From the NCBI RefSeq assembly GCF_009914755.1, contig NC_060928.1: a stretch of 64,000 nt of DNA; one strand, written 5' to 3'. Numbering within the stretch: the first letter of the stretch is position 1; the number at the start of each line of letters is the position of its first letter. The position numbers were made by a program, and so were the translations under genes. This document shows, piece after piece, positions 53,209 to 64,000 of the stretch. The notes beneath the pieces are model-generated. The model was not told the DNA's origin. It was given only the letters and a program-made list of their open reading frames with translations, and did no database searches. This stretch comes from the human T2T-CHM13v2.0 reference genome, Homo sapiens.

Positions 53209-56200
53209 TTCATATATAGAAGTACAGAGAAATTGCTTGGAAAAGTTCAAGGAGGTCAAAGCAGTTTGTACTTTAATTATTCACTAAATTCTGTAGCTCT
53301 GGTTAAGAAGGCACATTCACTCTGATCTCTTCCTGTCTTTGACTTGTAAATTACTTTAGCAAAAAGGTTAATCTCACCCTCTCTTGTTTCAACATGTTGC
53401 TTTTATTAAAAATGTAAATTTAAAATTACCTTGGCATTTGGGTCATTAATTGGATTAAATTAACCTAATAATGCTCTTAAAATTACTTTTAAAAAACATG
53501 TATCAACAGAAATGTTCCCTTCTTAGTCTCATTCTCTATTTTAAGTAGTCAATATAGTACAAAAACACTCTCCGAACATACAAGTAGGTTAAAATTTAGA
53601 TTTTTTAATTTATTAAAAGGTAAATTTCTGTTACCATGCCTGAAAATATGCAAAATAGAAAACATTTACTTGGTTATCACACAATAATAAAAAGTCATAT
53701 AGATTTTTATTAGTTCGGAAATAAAGTATCACAGGAAGGTCTTTTTTGTTTTTTGTTTTTGCTTTTTAAGTTTTACTACAAATGAGTGACAGCTGTATAG
53801 TCACAGTCCTTAGTTTCTATATCTAGAAATTTCCTTTAAATGGTTTAAAGCAATTTCCAAAGTTTTATTAATAAGAGAAACTGGGACTGGACAGATTAAA
53901 GAATTTAATTGAGAACCTTATAGTAACCTATTAAAATATTCACCTGCATGTCCGGTTTGCACATCTTGTTGAATTTAGAGTTGAGTTTCTGTTATAAAGA
54001 AAGGTCGTAAGTTCTTTTCCTTCTCCGGATACTCTACTTACACAAATAACTCTTTCAGTGGAATGCAAGCTTCAGTGAGTGCTCCGACACAGTTCTACTG
54101 TTAGACAAATTATTTTAAATATGGCACTTATATATATGTAATATTTCATATTAATGGGAAAACCTTTTGTGTTGATTTATGCATTAAATGATAAATGTGT
54201 GTGTTTGTGTGTGTGTATGGCATTTCTGAGCATAAGCTTTATTAGTGTGAACAAAATATAGTAATCATTCATGTAATATTATATCTTGCCTGTTCAGCAA
54301 TGAAGGAAATGAATGATAGGACTTTAGTGTCCCCTTAATTTATTTAAAACAATGAAACCAGACTCAAAAGTTTACAATAGGAAGAAAATCTAAACTTCAT
54401 CTAGGTATTTCAAGCCTTTCATTTGACAGAATCATCATTATAATACAATAGAATAGGTTAAGTTAATATTAAACAAACGTAGATGAATTCAACTAAAGTT
54501 TTGGATCAGAATTCTCAAACAATTCTAAAAATTATGCTAACACACAAAAGCAAGCATTCAAGGAAACATTTGTTCTTTATCTTGAAATATTAATGAGCAG
54601 AGATTTTTTTCCCCATCATTGAGTCACTGGAACTCATTATAATGAAAATTGCATTCTGAAATTGTACAACTTAGGCAGGTATATAATTTATTGGAGTGTC
54701 CAGTCCACATGTTAATTTTTCACTTGACTGAAGTCTTATGTCTTCTTTGTGTTCTTTCCACATTTGGTTTGGTGAACAGATTCTCATTGATCACTTGTCT
54801 CTAGAAGGATTATAGTAAAAAAAATACAAGACCGAAATATGAGACATAGTTATGTTTAAACACAACAGGAAATTAATGCACAGTATACATTTTAGGATTC
54901 TACATTCTTGCAGAGTTGTTCTTGAATGTAATTAGTAGGAAACGAAAGGACTCTCCTTACATATTAGCTCTATTGTCAAGTTTTGTGTAAAGAAAAATAC
55001 AGAATTTCTTAGAATATCTATTCTAAAAGCCTTAGGTAAAGAATAAATATAATTGCTCTGCTCCTAGTTTCTACAGAGATAAGAAACAAACAGCCAAACT
55101 TGTATAGAGGCAAAATATAATGTGAAGCCAGTAAATGATAAGTTGAATCACATATGCATGTTAAAATTTAAGGCATGTGTCTAAGTCTGTCATGTCTTTT
55201 TAAATAATGACTTTTTTTTTCCCCCAAGGAGAAGTCTGCACAAAAGCTTATGGCCAAGTTCCTCTCTGGTTCTAGGGTGTAAAAGAAGGGCACTGGGCTA
55301 GTTTTCTCCAGTAAACCCGATGCTCCACTTTTCCTGGTTGGAAGGTTGAATTTATGTTGCTCCTAGAAACTGCATGAAAGGGAGAGGGGAGCCCTTGCTC
55401 TTCCAGAAGCAGAGCTTTTCCAGCCTTCTTCTATTTGGGCACCACAGGAACTGTGCATCTCAAACATTCTCCTGTGGGAAATAGGCTAGTGGGTCACATA
55501 TGCATGCCACAGTGGCCAGCTGACTCAGATTCGCTTATTCTCATTTTTCACCAATCACAGATCATGTGCACTTTTAGAAGGTTAAAACAATTTATACTCT
55601 AATTACTCCTTTACATCATTAGTTCTTGTTGAGATGGTACTGTCATTTTAACCTCTTATGCCTTTGGCTTATAAACTAATTTAGAGCCATATTCTATAAA
55701 AGTAGAAATAAAGCATTTTAAATAATCTTTAATAATGTGTTTTCCTATGTTTTCTGTGAGGTGCAGTCAGAATTCATAACTTGTCTCACTAACATACTAA
55801 GACATTTAATAACTTCACTTGCACAAATGTGGGGAAATAAAGTGAGCCTAAAGTTTGGTTCTTCTGACTTTCCACTGCCGTTACACATATTTGAGACGTG
55901 AACAGAGAACCAAAGCAGCAATCCTGCTAATGTGGAAATGCATACAATTCTTTAAGTAAACATATTCTGTCTTCCATGCTTTTACTCACTCAGGCTGCCC
56001 TTCTGCTAAAACTACCCTGCCCTAGGTAATATCTATCTGTCTTTTAGGGCTAATCCCAGGTGATTTCATCTTCAGAAGCCTTTGATACCTGTCTCAGTCT
56101 CTGGGACAAGTGGAGCTATTGCCTCCACTACTGTAGAACTTGTTCACTGCAATGACATTCTGTTTTTTCCATTAGTCTCTCAGCTTCTAAAGGACGAAGA

Positions 56201-57529
56201 CTCATATTGGTATATCTAATGTGAGTGTGGTGCCTACCCCACTGTATGCATTTAGCAAATGTTTGTTGCACTTAACTGAATTAAACTACAAGGACATCTT
56301 GATGCACTGTGGTGTATTAAATTGTGCCAAACATTTGAGATGCTTAAAATTGTATGAAAAAAATGGCAGGGGAAACACTAAACAATAAATTTGTCTCTAG
56401 AATAAATAAGTAGCTAAAAATGTATATAAATTTCAGTTCGAAAAATAGGCTTTAGGTTGTAATTGCTCCACTTGAAAAACTACATCAAGACTTTTTTGTG
56501 GAACAAGGCAGAATGCAGATAAAATGAATATTTTACAGATACTTGTTCCAGCTGCCAGTCCAATAACAAGATAACCTTAGTAAATGAAGTGAATCTGGCA
56601 TATGACTCAAAAACTTCCGTTGTTTCAAGTATCTGCAGATTGGATTTTATTAATCCTTTTAGCTGAGAATCATATCTATGCCATTCATTTCCACATAGCA
56701 GGAATGTCTTAGGATTATAAACTTATGTAACAATTACTCTTAAGCTTTAAGAATTCACATGATAATGTGATGTGGCAAATCCTGCATATAACCTGTGTAG
56801 CTGTGATGGATCTTGAAAACTCTGTGTTCTGTGACTCTAAAGTCTAGAAAACCTAGACTGGCCCAGGGTTAAAATCGAAATCCAGAAGCATACAGGACCT
56901 CTGATCTGTCATGATTTCTGAAAATTATGGGAGTAAAATCAGTTGATTTTGTAGAAGGCAGAATGAAATCTCTTTTGCTTGAGAAATAAAGCTCATTCCA
57001 GAGACTTGTTCTTAGTAACTATCTCCCAAAATAGATGTCATTTGGGTTTATGCTTCAGGCAAAGTTTAATAGAAACTATATGCTTTCTTAGTGAGTTCAT
57101 ACCAGGGGCCACGGTGAATAAAACAAATGCAATTGGCTAGGGATTTAGACAGACAGTACAGGTAGCAGCCACTACTCAGCTCTTAGGAATTGGTCTCATG
57201 CTGGTATGAAGGCTCTCAGCATTTTGGGAGTTTACATTTTTCCCCAGAGGAATAGCAATACTTGATTTTTAAAATGTAACAATTTCCGACTTTTAAAGGT
57301 TGACAATAAATATTCTTTTCAAAAAGCACTATGTGGTTTAATACTGTTCTGGATAAACAAAATATATCCATGGCCTTTCACATGTTTTGTATCTGCTTAG
57401 CACCTGGGAGTGGAGATGAAAGCATGTGCCAGATGGCTTGCCAGTGTGCACAGGAGGTCATTTGGGAATGACACTATATTGATAACATGCTATATTGATA
57501 TAGCATTGATGTCAGTGCTATATTGATAA

Positions 57530-57760
57530 CAGCTAACAGGCATGAGGACTTATGATGGCCACAAATGGTTTTAAATGCTTTACCGGTTGTAGCTCATTTA
57601 ATTCTCATTAAACTTTGTGAGGTTGATACTATCATTATCCCCATATTAAAAGAGGTTTAGTAGCTTGCTCAGGGTTACACAGCTAATAGGTGTTGGAGCA
57701 TGGATTCAAATCCAAGTCTGATTTCAGATCTGGGGCTAATTCACTATGCTACACCATACT
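57530..57760 (-). mobile_element. MIR SINE
   Basis: agctcatttaattctcattaaactttgtgaggttgatactatcattatccccatatt ... ggattcaaatccaagtctg. Confidence 0.78.
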
Positions 57761-59177
57761 GACCATAGAGTCTCCTATACACATAACTTTGCAGTTTGGG
57801 AAATACGAAGTACACTTGGTTTTCTCTTTTGCTTTTACTATTTGATTGAGTTTTTTTTTTTTTTTGTTAAAAAAACAAAACAAAACAAAACACTTTGTGT
57901 CCAAAGGAGAATCTCACTATGCTGCAGACATTTCTAAAAAGTCAAAGAAGTAGAATTAATGAGATAGAATAGAAATGAATCATAACTGGTTCCCTCCTCC
58001 CTCAAATCAGAAAGAAGTAACTCACTAGTTTGATTTTTTTTTCCTAAAAGGCAAAAGGAACTGCAAATATTAACACCAACCTGGATTTTCTATTTCAACA
58101 GAACTTAAAGGCACGTCTGTGTCAGGTGAGGGGAGAGGTTTTACATCAGATGGGCTTTTCTATGAAGAAATACCATAAAATATTAATAACACAATTTTCT
58201 AGTCTTAAGACAGTAAAAAGTAAAATGCTTCAGCTTAAAAATATTTTTTTCTAAAATTTTTTTTCTTTTGGTTGAAATCCCCTTTGCAGAGATTTTGTTA
58301 TTGTTGTTGTTACTAGTTACTGGTATAAGCATTGATTTAAACTTGTATTTGTGTTCCTCTATAGTACTTGGTATTTCAGTAGGAGAAATATCACCTCAAA
58401 CACTGATACTTACATATTTCCCTGCTGTAATAAATAGTGAAAGTGAAAATAAAAATAAAAATAAAGTGTGTGATCTCTGCATCATGTTGACCAGGACAAA
58501 ATTCATCCATATACACTTAGAAAATTCTCTGAACTTTGCCAACTAAATATTTCCTTGGCTTTTTCAGGTTTTAGAACATTGACGAAGAGAGAAGACAACC
58601 CACTTTGCCATATATGCCCATGTAAGAAGATGACTTTTCTCTTTTATACTCCAGGCAAAAAAAGCTATCTTATATTAAAGTCCTTACAAAATATCTCACA
58701 CAAGAGTAGGCATTTTCAGTTACTTTTCTTTGATTAACAAAAAGTATTATTTAAGGAAGATATATTTACATGGAATACTGAAAATCAATTATAGGATTGG
58801 ATGATGGTAGAAGTTAACTGTTAGAAGTAGTTAAAAAAGAAAAGAGGCAGAGGAACTTAATGTAGATATTACTATCATTCTTCTTCTGATGGCCCCACAA
58901 TTGCAGTGCTGTCACACCTCTCAGCCTTTTTAAAAGAATTATATAGTGGTTATGGTCTCAAAAATCACAAAGAGAGATTAAGAATAGAGGATGAATGAAA
59001 ACACAACTGTACCAATCTCATGTGACTAAGTACTTCTGATCTAGGATTACAGAGACAGTGACAGCATCATAAATACACACACACATATTATGTCTTAAAT
59101 ATCGTGAATAGAAAGTGATAGCAAAAGTTATGCACTTCGATAAGCTGTGTTGTATGGATGTAAAAATAGCATTAGTG

Positions 59178-59487
59178 GGCTGGGCGTGGTGGCTCATGCT
59201 TGTAATCCCAGCACTTTGGAGGCCAAGGGCAGATGGATCACTTGAGGTCAGGAGTTTGAAACCAGCCTGGCCAACACAGCGAAACCCCATCTCTGCTATT
59301 AAAAAAATACAAAAATTAGTCAGGCATGGTGTCCCGCACCTGTAGTCCCAACTACTGCGGAGGCTGAAGCACGAGAATCACTTAAACCAGGGAGGCAGAG
59401 GCTGCAGTGAGCAGAGATTGCACCACCTTGCACTCGAGCCTGGGTGACAGAGGGAAACTCTTGTCTCAAAAAAAAAAAAAAAAATTA
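59178..59487 (+). mobile_element. Alu SINE (AluS-like)
   Basis: ggctgggcgtggtggctcatgc ... poly-A; TSD aaaatagcattagtg / aaaaagcattaatg. Confidence 0.95.
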
Positions 59488-59591
59488 AAAAAAGCATTAA
59501 TGATTCAAAAAAAATCACTGATGTTAAGAATTCATGGGTGGAAATTTGAAAAATCTGTTTCAGAATATGTGAGAATTAAGAAAGGCAAAAG

Positions 59592-59876
59592 TTTTATTTT
59601 GTTTATTTTTATTTATTTATTTATATAATTATTGAGACAGGGTCTCACTCTGTTGCCCAGGCTGGAGTGCAGTAGCATGATCACAGCTCACTGCAGCCTT
59701 GATTTCCCAGGCTCAAGCAATCCTCCCACTTCAGCCCCCTGAGTAGCTGATACTACACATGTGCACCACCACGCCTTTCTAATTTTCATATTTTTTGTAT
59801 AGACTAGGTTTCACCTTTTTGCTCAGGCTGGTCTCAAACTCCTGAGCTCAAGCAATCCTCCTGCCTTGGCTTCCCT
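59592..59876 (-). mobile_element. Alu SINE (AluJ-like), 5'-truncated
   Basis: (ttta)n tail then gagacagggtctcactctgttgcccaggctggagtgcagtagcatgatcacagctcactgcagcc ... ctgccttggcttccc. Confidence 0.92.
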
Positions 59877-60220
59877 CAAAGTTTTAAACATATGTAAATA
59901 TATTATTTTAAATATTTTATACACTAATAGGGTAAATACTATAAGTAGAATCTTAATATTTCCTCAATATCCATCAAAATATGTGACAGCAAGTTAGACA
60001 AAAACTTAGGGAGATCTTTCATTGGGAAAATGGGGGACAGATTTATATTTAGAGGTTCCCTTTAATTGGGCAAATGCAAAGAAAAATTCTGCTAGAGAAA
60101 CACAGTGACTTCTATGTGTCCAGTTGAAAAATATGGAATTTTATGCAGTTCTGTTTCTCTTTTGAGTTTAACTGAACTCAGAGGAATAAACCCTCTTAGA
60201 GCTGTTCACATTGGTATTTA

Positions 60221-60427
<207 letters not shown>

Positions 60428-61595
60428 TCACCTTGCCTTTTAATAGAAAGCACAATTAATATACTATTATGTAGATTTTGTCTTTTTTTAAATTGTGTGC
60501 TTTACAGTAACCTTGTGGGAAACTGGGACTGTGAGTGATCAAGTCTTTTGTCCAAGGTCGCAAAATAGTTGATGACAGAACTAAGACCTGAAGCTTCTGA
60601 TTCCAGACCCAGCGTTCTTCACTAGTGTAACTGTAGATAAGAACTCAGTGGACGTTCTCCTCAGATATGGGGAAAAAACCACAAATTCTCCCATAGTTTG
60701 GAAGTTATGAGAGAAAATAATGTCTTAATGTATAAAAGAGCATTGAACAGATCATAGAATCATAATTTTGGAAAGAAACTGGTATAAACAGTTTACAAAT
60801 GAAGAAAAGAAGCTGAATAAGGTTAACTTAGCCTTGGTCAGACAACTAGTTAAAAGTAGAATTATAACTATAATGCAGGTCATCTATGTTCTAAGCTTTA
60901 TTCCTTCCATAGTATTCTTATGCATAGTCTCCAATGTAGTCACTAAAAATGCTTGTTGAGTCATTTATATGTTGGGAATGAAACAATTGAAATCAATTAA
61001 GAGATATTTCCATATTTATAGCATATTTGTAGTGCTTCCAGTTGAAGTAAATAGAATGGAAGGCTAGACATAAAGGTAAAATGGCTCATTTATTTGCCTA
61101 ATTAATATTTAAAAGCCCTATTGTTGATAAAAAGTAAAAGTAGCATTTCCTCTTGCTGGTGTTGCCCAGTCTTCTTGACCACTTAGCTTGAATGTATGTG
61201 ATAGTGATGAAGTTCTATGATGTGCTTTTTACCCTGTGAGCCGTGGACACAGCCAAGTGTGAAGGGAGGGTTGGAATGCAGAATAGCAAATGAGCACACA
61301 CAGTGATACTCAAGTGAGGGGAAGGGATGTCCCTTCAGCAGAGGTTGTCAAGATGGTCCCTAAGTGGTTGCATTGGGCCAAAAATGAATCAAGGCTGAGA
61401 TTTACCCTTGAAATACAGTACCAGTTAATTAGATGATTTTAAATGCCTTGCTTTTTATATGAGGGAAGTTCATTTGTTTTATAAGCTCTTATGAGGCTTC
61501 TTTCAAGTACTCAGGCTTGGTTAGAAAGGTAAAACATCTAACTTAAGAGAAAAACTATTACCAAATTATGTATTTCTATTTCCAAAATGTTTTTA

Positions 61596-61910
61596 TTTAT
61601 TTTTATTTACTTATGTATTTGTTTTTGAGACAGGGTCTTACCAAGGCTAGAGTACAGTGGCACAGTCATAGCTCACTGCAGCCTTAAACTCCCAGACTCA
61701 GGCAATGGATCCGATCCTCCCACCTCAGCCAGCCTCCCAAGTAGCTGAGACTACAGGTGCGTGCCCCATGCCAGCTAATTTTTGTATTTTTTGTAGAGAT
61801 GGATTTCGCCATATTGCCCAGGCTGTTCTCAAATTCCTGGGCTCAAGCGATTAGCCAGGCTCAGCCTCCCAAAGTTCTGGGATTATAGGCATGAGCCACT
61901 GCCCCTGGCC
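61596..61910 (-). mobile_element. Alu SINE (AluJ-like)
   Basis: gagacagggtctt ... ggcatgagccactgcccctggcc; TSD ccaaaatgttttta at 61582-61595 and 61912-61925. Confidence 0.93.
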
Positions 61911-63010
61911 CCCAAAATGTTTTTAAAAATAAGAAATGCCTATTTTAATTTTAAAAAGAGAATATTTTCTTTGCCTTTACAATTTTGTGTGAATAAAGTT
62001 AACAACATATGCTCTTCTAAGATAGACACATTTTCTTAGGCATTTGAAACAAGCAATGGATAGTTTAAAATGGAATGACTTTTATTCTTTGTCAAATATT
62101 AACATACCTGGTTCAGAGAAATGATGGGCAAGTTGTACCCTTTCTCCTATAAAGCAAAATTTCAATGTAAGTCCAAATAAGTAAGGCATGTGCAAAGAAA
62201 AAAATCATTTTGGAATCAAACTGTTCTGTGGGTTTCCTTTTCTTAATCATATTTTGAGAGTTGTTGGTCAACTTTCAACATCTAGCTAGTAACATTTATG
62301 AGGTAATATGTCAGTCGTACCATTAGTAATTTCAGTATCTACTTTTAATGACCCAACAAGTATTCATGGATGAGAAATAAGCAAATTGTCTCATAACTGA
62401 GGGGGAAGGAATGAGAAAGTATTGGAAGAATCACTTATTGACTTCCACAAGAAGCAATGTATTTTTAAAAAATTTAAAAATAAGGAGAAGAAAGGAGGCA
62501 TATGGAACCATTACTCCACACAGATGCCAGTCCCATGCAAAGAGGGATCATGCGGCTATCAATTTTCTGATTTATGCCACAGCCACTGTCTGAATCTAAA
62601 CTGTTACTGTGTCTCATTTGAGCTTTTGCCAATAGTCTCTCTGGATTCTATGTCAGTAGCAATTGATAGTATGGTTGCCTTACTGTTCCACCTGTGCTAA
62701 CCTTCCCTCTCAGTCCACATCCTACTTTTGTCTCTGTCTCCACTTGCCATTTTATGTCATGAAGCTCTCTTATACCAAAGCCACACAATTTTCTAGAGTT
62801 TAATTATTACAAATTACTTAGTATATACTATGCTGTTTGATGATTGAGGATTCAGGTATATTTTTTCATTCTTTAGGCTTTACGTACAAAGGTTAATTGG
62901 GGCTTGCCTTCTCTTTCTTGGTCACAGTTAATAGTTGTGGGTGCTATATGGGCTTTGGAGTAAAAGAGATGGGTTTTCTGTCACGAAAGCTTGAGAACTG
63001 TCATGAGTTA

Positions 63011-63202
<192 letters not shown>

Positions 63203-63369
63203 TCAAGAATGAGGTGACTGCGTGGACATAGAGCGTATTATGAAAGACAAACTCTCCCACATCCCTCCCAGCAGCGGCTCCAGAATTTCTTCTTCTCCCC
63301 TGAAAACTAACGAGAGACTGCCACCAGATTACTCTTATCTCAGCACCCAGCTTTGCTTATTGTTTATCA

Positions 63370-63595
63370 GTCACTGAGAATGTGTGAGGCTCTGAGCTAA
63401 TAACTTTTAGATACATCTTCTTATTTAGCCTTTAGAGAAATGCTGTGAGATAAGTACTGTGTTATTGGCCCCATTTTAAAATTAATGGGATAGAAACCCT
63501 GCAGGGCAACTCACCCTGGGTCAGCAGCTGGCATAGAGCTGAGCCCGGGTCTGAGCTGAACTCATTTTGCCCACAGACCCTCTGCACCACCGCAC
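63370..63595 (-). mobile_element. MIR SINE
   Basis: gctgtgagataagtactgtgttattggccccattttaaa ... gcaactcaccctgggtcagcagctggcatagagctgagccc. Confidence 0.65.
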
Positions 63596-63827
63596 TATTA
63601 GGTCCCCTTTATCTGGCCCACTATTTCATGGTCACGTGCATCATTTCTGTGCTTTGCCACATTGTTTTAATTTCTTTAACTCACAGTATTATTTCTGTGA
63701 GATATTTCAGAGGCAAGAATTCCTCCATAGTAGGAATTGTGTCTACTTAGTAGGCTGTGTCTACTTAGCTCGCATTTCTCAGTGTTTGTCAGTTTCTCTG
63801 CAGTGACAGGTCCCCTAAAATGGGTTA

Positions 63828-63998
<171 letters not shown>

Positions 63999-64000
63999 AG

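Overview
This is AT-rich, CpG-depleted primate (human-like) genomic DNA from an intronic or intergenic region, identified by its Alu, THE1, MST, MER41/50/51 and L1P repeats. I found no protein-coding gene, CpG island, tRNA/rRNA or CRISPR array. The ORFs I could assign derive from repeats (Alu, THE1 internal region, L1 ORF2, microsatellite). The window holds 11 Alus, a full-length THE1D-like MaLR, an internally deleted THE1C-like MaLR, several solo LTRs with intact target-site duplications (TSDs), L1/L2/MIR remnants and DNA-transposon MITEs. The points most worth checking are: a candidate recursive splice site with a stop-containing RS-exon (29148-29219); several + strand candidate exons (25.5-58 kb); four intact DUX4 motifs in THE1 LTRs; a five-element nested transposon stack (21.2-22.9 kb); and a rearranged L1PB. 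Repeat subfamily names come from recalled consensus sequences, not a database search, and boundaries of old elements are approximate. I found no convincing new biological system; the splicing ideas are hypotheses.
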